In this document: positions 27,101 through 39,695 of the stretch, piece after piece
Layout: each line of letters begins with the position of its first letter
Position numbering within the stretch: the first letter of the stretch is position 1
Origin: the human T2T-CHM13v2.0 reference genome, Homo sapiens
Length of the DNA stretch: 64,000 nt
NCBI RefSeq assembly: GCF_009914755.1
Contig: NC_060930.1
Direction: 5' to 3' (one strand)
The notes under the pieces: model-generated
The model's input: the letters and a program-made list of their open reading frames with translations, nothing else
Databases searched by the model: none
Told to the model about the DNA's origin: nothing
Translations under genes and position numbers: made by a program

Positions 27101-27368
27101 TGGTAATTTCAGGTAGCTAGATGGAAGCCACAGGAGGCAGGAGAGGAGACCATCAGCTTTGAGTGGTTTTAAGATGGCAGAAACATCAGGCCACAGAGAC
27201 TGAGGCAATTTGGTGGGGGTGAGAGAGGAGTGGCATAGGGTGATTGCTGGGTACTCACTGGTGGCAGCATACTCAGTGAGCAAAACTGGCAGAGAGTAGG
27301 TGTAGGGTAGAGATAAGGCTCATCTTGACCAGCACTGCTATCTGCGAAGCCTAATTAAACATGTCCAC

Positions 27369-27728
<360 letters not shown>

Positions 27729-28499
27729 TCAGGAGTGCAAAATAGAGTCAGGCCTAGCTATTGATATTTGGACATCATCACCCAGTTATAGGCAGAGGTT
27801 GAAAACATGTAGGTGAATGAGTCTCCCAAAGGAGAGAATGTATAATAAGATTAGGTGAGAGTTTAAAAAGTTGAATTGCTCGTGCAGTCTGGATCCAGAG
27901 TCATCGCACCCAGATGGATTCAAGAAATGGAGGGTCAGAAGGTCAGCTTCCACAAGTCTATAATTAACTGGGTTTTGATGTATGCTTGCAGAGGCTAGAG
28001 ACACACTGAGAGATTTATCGAGTGCAATATTTGTTTGACATCCAAAGAAATAAGACAAGCCTTCTTATGAACTCTTGGCAGAGATTTACTTTAGATAGCG
28101 AAGAACAGCTTGACACTACAGATTATTAGACACCACAAGAGTTTATTAAATAAAATGGGTGGAAGCATTGATTCTACATCTTAAATATATCTCTTTGGTC
28201 CAGGGGTTGTCAAACTGTGTTTCTTAGGGGGGTCTCAGGGGCTGCTGCAGGATGCCAGGAGCTGGTGCAGAGCAGAGTGACTCACGTCTTCCACCTCTCC
28301 CTCCATCAGCTCTGCGGTTACTGGTTTTATATTGTAATGTTTCACATAAGATTTCATTGGAGAAAAAATTCTGCACCACAAAAACAAAAAGTTTCCTTTC
28401 CATCTCCAATGTTAAAAAGCCTTAGGCTGAGGCTTTCATCATTTCCTGCTTGGATCGTTGTATTTTTCTTCCCTGGGGGTCTGTCTCGCTGCCTCTGAT

Positions 28500-29060
28500 C
28501 TCGTCCCTTTGTCATCCACCCTCCGCATGGTTCCCAAAGTGATCATTCTCGAACACAAATCCAAATCTGATGTTGGCTTCTGGGGCATTTTTGACTTCCT
28601 ATCACCAATTGTAGAAAGTTATACTCTAAAGAATGGCCCCAAGAAAGCATTTCATGATTTGGCCTTCCCTTACCTTTCTCCAGCCCCCTTTTCAGGATGT
28701 CCCCTTTTGTTCCTTGTGCCTCAGCCATAAACAACAACTCATGCCTGCAGTGCGCTGAAGGTATAGAAGGCCTTTGGTTTAGTGAATCCAACTTCTCAGC
28801 TGCAGCTTCAGCATAATGACATCTTAGAAGACTCCCCAGCTTCCAGTAGTTTAGTTAGAAGTCCTCCTCTGGGGCTCCTGTCATGAAGAATGTGTACCCC
28901 TCTGACAGCACATTGCCCGCAGTCTTGTGTTAATTGATATTTAGTTTATCTCCCTACTGGATAATCAGCAATTGCCTTCAGGAAACGGACTGGCTCATCA
29001 GCTCTATCTCCTCAGACTTTGGCTCTGCACTTGACCCTCTACCATGTTGTTAAACAAGAA
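28500..29060. mobile_element. L2 fragment
   Basis: 'gtgatcattctcgaacacaaatcc', 'ttcatgatttggcc' and 'tttatctccctactgga' are L2-like but highly diverged. Confidence 0.5.
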
Positions 29061-31913
29061 ATGAGTGTCCTCCTTTCTGGAAATCATTAAAATAATGGTT
29101 TTTTATCTGCTTTATTCATTTGAAAAGCTTTGGTCTATGAATATAGACTATACGGCTCCTTAAGATTTTTGTCTATATTATTTTTGATTTTTTTGTTTTT
29201 TAACACCTTTAGAATTTCACAGCCTTTATAAATATAATACTTAAAAGTAACATTTCAGAGTATTTGGAAATACTTTTTGACTATTTAAAACAAAATATGA
29301 AACATGAAGTATAGTAAAGATATAAAACGATAATTTAGATAAAAATTCTTTCTTTCATGGAAAACACCACTGCATTATTCCTGTTTCAAATGTCCTACAG
29401 CATTACATTTTTTTTTTTTTGCAGCAACTCCACTACACATTTGTTCATGGTGTTCACTTCCTACAAGATACAGTCAAAACTCCTTAGCCTGATTTCCAGA
29501 GCCTCTGTAATCTGACCCAACTGACTTTCTCAACCACATTACACACTAATCTTTCACAGATTTTTTTTTGCTTTATTTAAACCTTTTCCCCTCATATTTC
29601 TATTTATTCTTCTTAGCCTTTGGTGAATGCTTTCTATCAGAGGATTTGTACCTTCGGATTTTTGGAAAAGTCTGTACCATTATATCTTAGCATATTGCTT
29701 ATTTGCTGTTTGTTTATTTATGTCTTTGGAATTTCTCTGAGGCAGATACTAGAGCATTTATGATTCCTAACTTCTGTTTTATATCCTCCATTCCTTTATT
29801 TTTGTCCTCCATGTCACAGAGATGTTCTGTTCCATCTTCTAACTCATCTTCAAGCATGATTTGTCTTGTATAATCCATTTGCTTAGATTTCTAAAGAGAT
29901 TTAATGACTGTACTTACACTTGACTTTTAAGAGCCTGTTTCATAACTTGCTGTTTTTATTTTACAGATGCCATTTCTTCCTTTATATTTTAAATACTGTA
30001 AACATACTTATTGTCAGCTCTCTTTCATGTTGTTCTATTCTTGTTGGTTCCTCATGTCCTGTAAGCTGTCTTTCATGATGCTAAGTGTCCTATTTTTTAA
30101 AATTCTGTTTTATTTTGCTTACGAGTTTACTTCAGAAGGAAGTATCTTTTCTAGAGATCCGGATAACCACCTGGGGTGGTTTCCACTGGTGTTCCTGTCA
30201 GCACCTTCAAGACACACTGATTCTGAATTATTTTTTGTGTTAGTTTTTCAGCCTGGAATTCTGAGTCTATTCCTACTCCCACCTGTTGTTCAGTCTTGGG
30301 GTTCTTATATCTCTAGAAGACTCCTATTTTACCCACATGGTGGGGCTATTGGCTCATTTCCAGCAGTTATCTTGGGTATGCAGGCAGAGATGATCTGATT
30401 CCTTCAAGGTTAGTGCAGTGCTTTCTAGGGTTCTGATTCTGCACAGGAAGCCCAGTTCTTATTCCTTCTATAAACATATTTTCCTGGCCAGCTTCTGGCC
30501 TTGAATAGCCATGAAAATCCCAGACTTTGAGACCTGTAATCTCCCTTAGTTCCAGATACATTGTCATGTTGGCTCTATGTTCTAGCATTTGGAGATTTCC
30601 TTTCTTGCTTTTGTGTTCTGCTATATATTTAATATGTAAAAAAATGCTTTTAATCCCTATATCTAAATGTCTGGAAATGTTGTGTTCAATTCCATCTTAT
30701 CCTGTTATTTCTTGACTGTCTGAATATGTAGTTCTTATTTCTCTCGTTCTCTCCATTTTGAATAATCTCCCAAATGCTCTCTGCCTTTTGCAAATTCACT
30801 CATTCTTCCAGGACTTGAGGAGTCACTGAAGGTAATGCTTTTTTCCTCCAGGGACCAAATTAACCCCTAGGAAGGGTCTTCTATGAACTCCTTTGACATC
30901 CATTTGACACTTAATCATTTTCTGTTATAATTATTATATGGCTATTATTTGTTTTCTTGTGAAATTATAAAATCTTTGAAATTTGGGGCCATTTCTTAAG
31001 CTTCTTGAATTTCTTCACCTGGTCTCACAACAAATTCTTCCTAATGGAAGAAAAACAGAAAAGAAAGACACACTAGGATAGAGTAATTTAAAATGTTTTA
31101 GACTTTATTTACGAGGGTCCAAGCACCTAGGAAAACAGGATTTGTTTAAATTTTGCTTACTCATTTTATTCAGGATTCATGAATTTATAAGGCCAGAGAG
31201 ATTTCATATAAGATCCTAGATTACTAAAGGAAAACTGAAAGATTTTATGTCAAGCAATATAAAATTAATATGACAGATGCAACCTTAGAAAATGTGTTTC
31301 CTGAGATTCCTAAATTAGCTACTTTTGTGGGTGTCTGCTTAGTATTTGGTCCTGAGTAAATGAATAAACAAACAGCTACTTCTGAGAGCTACTTTCACAG
31401 GGAAATGTTTCTGAGTTCCAGTTCATGGGAGTTTAGGAAGGTATGGGATGCAAATTACATTTCAACACTGAACCAGCCAATCAATCCTTGAACACTTTTG
31501 AAGTCTTTAGCTTTGCCTGTGAACATGGGAACACCCAAGGGCACCTTCAAATTAAAAATAAACATACATTCTAAGGAGTCCTAGATGTGTAATTTGGTAG
31601 AAATTTAAGGGGTGTCTTTTTATAGTAACGGAGTCTATAAAGAAAATACAATTCAGGTGAGGTTACATCCTTTCCAGTCATAAAAGTGTATGTGAATGAC
31701 ATTTAACTCGAAATTCAAGTACTTTGGGCATATCATTCCCGCTCCCTGCCCCAATCCCATAATTTCTTGGTAGAAACTCATAGTGCATTTTTTTTTCAGT
31801 TCCAGCCAGATTTTTATATCTATTGGATGGATATTACATTAATAAAAAAATAGCTAACACTTATTGTATGATTGTCTAATGCCAAGCTATGTTCGTATAA
31901 TTATCTAATATGT

Positions 31914-32275
31914 TGGTATGATTTGACTCTGTGGCTCCACCCAAATCTCACCTTTAATTGTAATCCCTTATGTTATGGGAGGAACCTGGTGGGAGGTGAT
32001 TGGATTATGGGAGCGGTTTCCCCATGCTGTTCTTGTGATAGTCAGGGAGTTCTTACCAGATCTGATGGTTTTAGAAGTGGCAATTTCCCCTATGCACTCT
32101 CTCTCTCTCCTGCCACCATGTAAGACATGCCTTGCTTCTCCCTCCCCTTCTGCCATGATTGTAAGTTTCCTGAGGCCTCCCCAGCCATGTTGAACTGTGA
32201 GTCAATTAAACCTCTTTCCTTCATGAATTACCCAGTCTCAGGTATTCTTTATAACTGTGAAAATGGGCTAATACC
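31914..32275 (+). mobile_element. MSTA/THE1D-like solo LTR inserted in a MIR
   Basis: 'ccacccaaatctcacc...gtaagtttcctgaggcctccccagcc...gctaatac'; MIR-like sequence on both flanks. Confidence 0.9.
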
Positions 32276-32445
32276 CAGATAACCCTATGGTGTTGCTGCT
32301 GTTATTATTCTTCCCTTGCAGATGGGGAAAACTGAGATGAAGAGTTAATTAATTTACCAAAGTCAAAAGAGTAGTCTTAAACTACTGTGAAATTTCTGTA
32401 GGCCTCCTTTTTTTTCCTTCAAAACCTTTAATATGCTAATACACA

Positions 32446-33487
32446 TTTTTGTATTTTTTTTTTAATTATACTTTAAGTTCTGGGATACATGTGCAGAACA
32501 TGCAGGTTTGTTACATAGGCATACACGTGTGATTGTGGTTTGCTGCACCCATCAACCTGTCATCTACATAAGATATTTCTCTTAATGCTATCCTTCCCTT
32601 AGCCCCACACCCCACTGACAGGCCCCGGTGTGTGATGTTCCACTCCCAGTGTCCATGTGTTCTCATTGTTCAACTCCCAGTTATGAGTGAGAATATGCAA
32701 TGTTTGGTTTTCTGTTCCTGTGTTAGTTTGCTGAGAATGATGGTTTCCAGCTTCATCCATGTCCCTGCAAAGGACATGAACTCATTCTTTTTTATGGCTG
32801 CATAGTATTCCATGATGTATATGTGCCACATTTTCTTTATCCAATCTATTGTTGATGGGCATTTGGGTTGGTTCCAAGTCTTTGCTATTGTTAACAGTGC
32901 CACAGTAAACATACGTGTGCATGTGTCTTTATAGCAGAATGATTTATAATCCTTTGGGTATATACCCAGTGATGGGATTGCTGGGTCAAATGGTATTTCT
33001 AGTTCTAGATCCTTGAGGAATTGCCACACTGTCTTCCACAATGGTTGAACTAATTTACACTCCCACCAACAGTGTAAAAGCATTCCTATTTCTCCGCATC
33101 CTCTCCAGCATCTTTTGTTTCCTGACTTTTTAATGATCGCCATTCTAACGGGCATGAGATGGTATCTCATTGTGGTTTTTATTTGCATTTCTCTAATGAC
33201 CAGTGATGATGAGCTTTTTGTCATATGTTTGTTGGCTGCATAAATGTCTTCTTTTGAGAAGTGTCTGTTCATATCCTTTGCCCACTTTTTGATGAAGTTG
33301 TTTTTTTCCTTGTAACATTTTTTAAGTTATTTGTAGATTCTGGATATTAGCCCTTTGTCAGATGGATAGATTGCAAAAATTTTCTCCCATTCTGTAGGTT
33401 GCCTGTTCACTCTGGTGATAGTTTCTTTTGCTGTGCAGAAGCTCTTTAGTTTAATTAGATACCATTTGTCAATTTTGGCTTTTGTTG
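32446..33487 (-). mobile_element. L1PA (L1PA7/8-like), 5'-truncated, ~1 kb
   Basis: 'ttatactttaagttctgggatacatgtgcag' L1PA 3' end; TSD at 32395-32410 / 33488-33503. Confidence 0.96.
32670..33272 (-). pseudogene. L1 ORF2p C-terminal (cysteine-rich) remnant, 200 aa, non-autonomous
   Basis: [17 protein letters not shown]...[26 protein letters not shown]...; the element is truncated and lacks EN/RT and a promoter. Confidence 0.92.
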
Positions 33488-33504
33488 TCTTTAGGCCTCC
33501 TTTC

Positions 33505-33810
33505 TATTCATGTTTCTACTTTAGAAGACATATATATATATCTACATATATATATATTTTATATATCTATATATGCCTTCTAAATATATATGTCTACAAA
33601 TATGTATGTCTTCTATATTTTATATATCTATATATGCCTTCTAAATATATATGTCTACAAATATGTATGTCTTCTAAAGTAGAAACATGAATATATGTAT
33701 CTAGAAACATATATGTCTTCAGAAGACAAATATATATGTATATGTCTTCTAAAGTGTGTGTATGTGTGTATGTTTATATATGCGTGTATATATATATGTG
33801 TATATGTATT
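33505..33810. repeat. (TA)-rich region with a 28-bp perfect inverted repeat and a 61-bp tandem duplication
   Basis: Arms at 33505-33532 and 33666-33693; 61-bp period between ~33553 and 33676. Confidence 0.93.
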
Positions 33811-34229
33811 TGTCCAGAGTTCTCCTGGGGAATCTATATTTTATTGAGATGAGAAGGAAACGTGGTAGTGTTGGTTAACTTATCACCACCTGGTTGCTGT
33901 CTAAACTCAACCACTTCCTATTGTGTCATGGTTTGATTATAAATTTCCTCTAAGCCTCTTTTTCTGGACACTCGCTTATCACCGCTAATCCTACATACAA
34001 AAGGTTGAATACTGGCCACTCTGAAAGTTGACAATCTAATATGGATTAAATGTAAAAATAAAGCTAGTGACTCCAAAACCCACCACTAGCTGGTTCATCA
34101 CAGTTGTATATTTTTACACTTTCTCAGTCCACCCTCTAACCCAACTCATCTTCTTGTAAGCCTAGCACCTATTGTTGGCTATCTAGTGGCACACTGCAAA
34201 GGATCTTATGTGCCTGGAGCCCCGGTTTG

Positions 34230-34232
<3 letters not shown>

Positions 34233-34262
<30 letters not shown>
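34233..34262. repeat. Poly-T tract (30 nt)
   Basis: Direct read. Confidence 0.97.
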
Positions 34263-34265
<3 letters not shown>

Positions 34266-35346
34266 GATAGTGTTGTATACTTAAATCTTGACAAGCAAAA
34301 GAAAAAGAATGAAGTTTGGAAACCATCACTTCTAAAAAGCTTGTATTTTATTATTTAGAACAGACTTGCTTAAGGGAAAGATAAAATCAATACTTTTTCC
34401 CCCTGTTTTCAATAAGTGCCTAGATATTAGATTTTATGTTTGTTTGTTTTAAACAACGTTTTAAACTTGAGAGAATTTTGGGTAAGAAAATAAATAAATA
34501 AGTTGGATAGAAATAAACCTTTTAAAATTAAATTCTCTTCACTAAAGAATGTATTACTGGGAAAGGTTTTAAAAACTTCACTAGAGGTCCCTCCAATTTT
34601 TTTCACCTGTTTCCTCAAGATGGGGTAGTCGAGGACAAATTGATTACTGTTTTAAGCTTCCTTCCAAATTTCCATTGCTGTTATTTATGGTTCTATTCCA
34701 AATGTAAAATTTAGGCCTTTCCAATATTTGTTTTTAAAATGAAGAGACTTTCTGATTCCTATGAATAAAAATACTCCATGCTAATGGAAAAATCAAGAAT
34801 CTTGGTGCCAAAGTGCTTCATTCAAACTCTTAGACAATAAAATAAGCAAGACATTAAATTATAACAAAGGTTCCAACCTTTTACTAAACTAGACTCACCT
34901 TGAGGAGCTTATAAAAGTACAGATTTCTAAGTTTTCCCAATCTACTCTTTCTTCCCATCCCAAGATTCTGAAATTAATTGGTTTGGCTGAGCTTGATCCA
35001 ACACATTTTACTAAATATATATGTTTATTATATATAGTCTATATTATAAAATAAATATAATTATAACAGAATAAATATAATAAATATAGTATAAAGTATA
35101 TTTATTATATAATTATTTAAGGCTGAAGATCAGTGTCCACAAAGGCATTTCTTGCTCTTTGCTAATGCCAGACAAATTAATGCAAAAGAAATGGTTGGAT
35201 AAGAAGAAAGGAAAATGAGAAATAATATTCCTATTTATAATTTCTATCTATTTTCACAAAAATCACAAGTAGCTAAAGGTAGTCATTTTGCCTCAAATTG
35301 CCAATCAGGTTTAAGAAGTTTTTTGTCTGAATTTCCTAATTCTAAG

Positions 35347-35797
35347 TGAGAGACTGAAAATGCAAATGAACTATGACCAGACCACCTATGACAACAGAAC
35401 CCTGACCCACAATCTCTGTGGCCACCAGCCCAGGAAGCAAAACCCCACTTCTGTGGCCTTCAGCCCAGAGTGGTCAGGGCTTGGTCAATGACTGCCAGCT
35501 TTCCTTTTTTTTCTTTTTTTTTTTTTTTGGCTTCTGCTTCCAACTCAGGACCAAGGAGAGAAAGCCAAATATGTTACCCTTCTCTAAACAATCACTTAGG
35601 ATGCCCCACTTCTAGTTAGTGCACTTCCAGCTTCCCTGAAGCCTTCCTTTTTTTTTTTACTGTAAAACGTTCCCATTCCCATCTGTCTTTGAGTCTTTGT
35701 CAAATACAGGTGATGGTGGCTGACTCACTTGCTATGGCAAGCTCTGAATCAATAGCTTCTGTTTGTTCTCATTTTGGTGGTGTTTATTTAGTTCCAC
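35347..35797 (+). mobile_element. ERV1-class solo LTR (MER34/MER39-like)
   Basis: TG...CA ends; 'cagcccaggaagc', 'ggtcaatgactgccagcttt', 'tgactcacttgctatggcaagctctgaat'. Confidence 0.7.
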
Positions 35798-36165
35798 ATA
35801 GCTAAAAATGGGGAAAATAAAAATGGGAAAAAATAAATTATCCTTGTGCATACATGTAAGGTTATTTATACCAATTTATGCAATTTCAGAAAATGAGAGG
35901 AGAAAGCAGATACCATCACCAAGGCAAGTGTTCAAAAGGGCAATAATTACAGTGACAAGAGGAATCCCAATAACTTTTATTCTCAGTAAATATGGCTACA
36001 CAGTCAAGAGTGTTGAGGACCTGAGAATGGGAAGTCACTGCTTTGGCTCCTGTGATTCCACCAATACTTGCCTGAATTCTCTTGAATCAATGAATCAGGC
36101 GTGGAAGACTAGAAGCAACAAAGAGAGGAGCAGGTAGTAGAGGGGGTAACTTTTAGAAGGCTGTA

Positions 36166-36625
36166 GAGTGGTCCCTTGATATCCACAGAGGATTGGTTCC
36201 AGGACCACCCACATATACCCAAATCCATGCATACTTAAGTCGTGCTATTGGGACTTTAGAATCCAGGTATATGAAAAGTCAAATGTGTATATGTGTGTGT
36301 ATATATGTGTATATGTACATACATACATATATGTATATATATACATATACACACACATATGTGTATATATATATACACACACAGAGACTTTTTCCAAACA
36401 AAAGCAGATCAAAAATACTGTATATATATATACATATATGTATGTGTATATATGCATACATATATACAGTATATACATATATACACATACATATATGTAT
36501 ATATGTATGTGTATATATATGTATGTGTATATATATGTAGTATTTTTGATCTGCTTTTGTTTGGAAAAAGTCTGTGAATAAGTAGACCTGTGCAGTTCAA
36601 ACCCATCTTATTCAAGAGTCAACTG
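36166..36625 (+). mobile_element. MER8 (Tigger-type MITE) interrupted by a microsatellite and an inverted duplication
   Basis: TA-flanked; 'ggattggttccaggacc' near the start and 'gcagttcaaaccc...ttcaagagtcaactg' at the end. Confidence 0.8.
36283..36538. repeat. Compound (TA/TG/CA)n microsatellite
   Basis: Alternating purine-pyrimidine tract; source of several spurious Y/I/H/V-rich ORFs. Confidence 0.95.
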
Positions 36626-38309
36626 TAATTTCAATATTTTGTAACAGTTTAGTCACCAATATTGAAGTTGAGAGAAGGAAGTTCTCTCTTGTGGACAATA
36701 TGGAATGCTCTAAAACTTGAATCCAAATGTACATTCTTGGCATCACTCAAATAATGTGAGCGTGTAACATTTATGATATATTCAAGAGGCAAAACCCAAT
36801 TCTTTACACTGTAGACCTGTTTTGTTGTTATTTTAGTTTTGTGAAGGCAAGGTTTTAAGGCAATTTAGTTCTAAAAGCATTACTGAGTATTTACTATTTG
36901 CAATTCACTGCACTTGGTAATAAACTAGAGGGAGATGCAGAAACTCTCTTTTCTCCACCAATTCTTCGAAGGAAAAAACATTTCCATTATCATTAGGTGA
37001 CAATCTACACAGCTAATTGTACATATGAATTGACTGATAATTTACAGTTGCAATATGGTGTCATAAAAGGAGTCATAAAACTTTGTGACTTCGTTTGCTT
37101 TTTCTCTGTAAGATATGTGCTGCAAATGCAAACTAACATCAAATAAATAACTCCTGTCTTTATACATACATGATCTAATACTTTCCACAACTCTGATATT
37201 TAAGGTACTTCCATTATGACTAGTTAATTGCATAAATTCAATAATTAATTATATTCTAATGATCAAGAAGAATATTTATCAAAAATAAAACTTGCAGACA
37301 TTGGGGAGGAATTAAGGCATGTTAACACATTTTCTATATCAATCAGGTACTTTTAGTGTAAATGTGTTATCAAGTGAACTGGAACATTAAATAGAGGAAT
37401 TTGGTATCATTGTGGGAAAAATAATCTAATCACTTTTCAAACTTGGCTGCCCTTTGGAGCCATTTGAGAAATTTTTGAGAAGCAAGATACAGGTATTCTA
37501 ATTTACTTGGTCTGCAGTGTGGCCCTTGCCAGGTGATACTAACATGTGGCATAGAGTGAGAACCATCATTATATAATCTAGAATTTAGTGTATTACTCCT
37601 TCAATATTATACTTCTCCTCCAGCTCTTGGGACTTTTCCTGATTTCATAGGTTGGTTGAGCAGTTTTTGTTATTGTTGTTGTTTGTTTTTTTAATGTTGA
37701 CTTGTTTTCCCAAGTAGGTATTCTTCCTGGAAAGAGATAGTACTCACTATAAATAATTAATTGACTTCCTAGTCAAATTAGTCCTTGATGAGTCTAAACA
37801 GTGGGTGGTAGACATATCTCATCTCCCCAGTTTGATCACGCCATCCGTCCTTAAGATAACAGACCTATAGAGCTAGTAGGCCAACCCTAGAAACAAAAAA
37901 GGCAACAGTTATGTCCAGGTCATTACAGCTTGTCAATTTGCTTCTCCCAAATTACTGCACTTCTTGTTTCTTCATTGGGTTACACGCCTGCTTATTCACG
38001 TCCCTCGATCAGTTTTTCCTCAATCCTGGGTACACAACAGCATCACCTGGGGAGCATTTTAGATGCCTAATGCCTAATTACATCAGTCTCTGGGGGTAGT
38101 ACCCAGTTATCAGTGTTCTTTAAAGCTCCTCAGAAGACACTGTGAACCATTGCCTTAGGCTGTAGTGCTCTCAATATTTACCTAAGACATTCATGAATCT
38201 GCATTTTCTTTAGTTGATATTACAGAGCTACAGACCAGCTCTGACCCAAGCTCATTTATATAATGGCAGATAGATACTATTAAAAACCTAAAAAAAAATT
38301 TAATAGAAG

Positions 38310-38660
38310 TCTTTGGTAATGTACTTACAGAGCCCTTGTACTTTGGGCCAGGGGCTCTTGTAAGCACTGTACATAGATTGAATTATTTATTCTAGCCACA
38401 TCTTACAGATGAGAAAATTTCCCAGTGTTACACACTTAGCGTTTGGGCCAAGATTCAAATGAGGCACTCTGGCTCCAGAGTCACCAGTTAACCACAGGTG
38501 ACCAGCAATGTGGCTGTTAAAACTACTAGATGTGATTTGATAGGTGATATTCTTACACTTCCATTTTACAGGTAAAGAATCAAGGTACAGAGAAAGTGTC
38601 CTAGGATCACACAGCTAGTAAGTGGCAGAGCTGGGATTTGAACTCAAAACAGTCCCACCC
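38310..38660. mobile_element. Two MIR fragments
   Basis: 'ccattttacaggtaaagaatcaagg...cacacagctagtaagtggcagagctgggatttgaactc'. Confidence 0.75.
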
Positions 38661-39319
38661 TAAAGATGATGTTCTGTTAATAATCTAGCCTTTTTTTTCA
38701 GACAAATATTCAACTGACCCAGCTTTCCATAAATTTATATTACTGCAGATTGGAATTTGGTATTGCAAGTTTCATTTGCACTTCTGAACTTATTCTTCAT
38801 GTTTTACCCAGAAATTTATTAAAAAAAAAAAGAAATAAAACTGGTGGATTTTTCACCCTACTACAACTGACTGCACTGGAGAAGCAATTACTACAGAGAT
38901 GCTACAGCTGCTTTCTTGATATTAGTCCACGGTTTTAAAATGTTTTTGATTTGTAAATATGTTAGGCACCACAAGTCCGTCAAGATGGTATGTAGAAAGA
39001 AGAAAAGATTCTCCACTCCAAATCTTTATGTGCCTGAAAATCCCTTTGATTTCCCTTATTAGTTTGGTATGTCTTTAATTTTATATTAAAAATACAGATT
39101 TCTTCCAGTTATGGGACATTGTCCCACTTCAAACTTTTAAAAACAAATTAATCAGAATTTTATGGTAATTGTTATGTAAATAGGACAAATATATCTCAGC
39201 CCTTTGGCAAGCAGCCTTGACAACTGAAACAGTTTCACACTGTGGATTTCAATCAATGTAACAAAGTTACTGAGCACAGTCTAAAATCAATGAATTCTAG
39301 AGTGCAGGAGTTTTTTAAA

Positions 39320-39488
39320 AGTTTCTTGCTTCTCGCATTTTAATATAAAAATCATCCCAGGCTATTGTTAAAATGCAAAAATCTGATTTGGGAGGCTTTA
39401 AGTGAGATGCTGGACTTCATATTTCAGTAAGGTCTCAAGTGATGTACATGCTGCTGGTCTGTGAACCACACTTTGAGTAGCAAGGACA
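39320..39488. mobile_element. MER5-type hAT-Charlie
   Basis: 'tgctgctggtctgtgaaccacactttgagtagcaagg'. Confidence 0.7.
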
Positions 39489-39695
39489 CAGTGCTGGTAA
39501 ACTCGTTCTCCAAAGGAGGAAAACAAAGCCTTGGCTTGTAGTATTTGCTAATTTCCATGATATAAATGTTCCCACAAAGACCACATTCAAGCTACCAACG
39601 TGATGTCATTGAAAATGGAGTTGGGAAGAGACATTCAGCACGCTGCCCACAATTAGCTCTCCAACCAGGTACAAGCCAGTTCCAGCACACCACTG
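39489..39695 (-). mobile_element. MER63A-like (hAT-Blackjack)
   Basis: Ends 'ccagttccagcacaccactg'; interior 'ttcaagctaccaacgtgatgtca'. Confidence 0.7.

Noticed and set aside
36193-36615. Cluster of overlapping ORFs on both strands
   Set aside because: Translation of a TA/TG/CA microsatellite.
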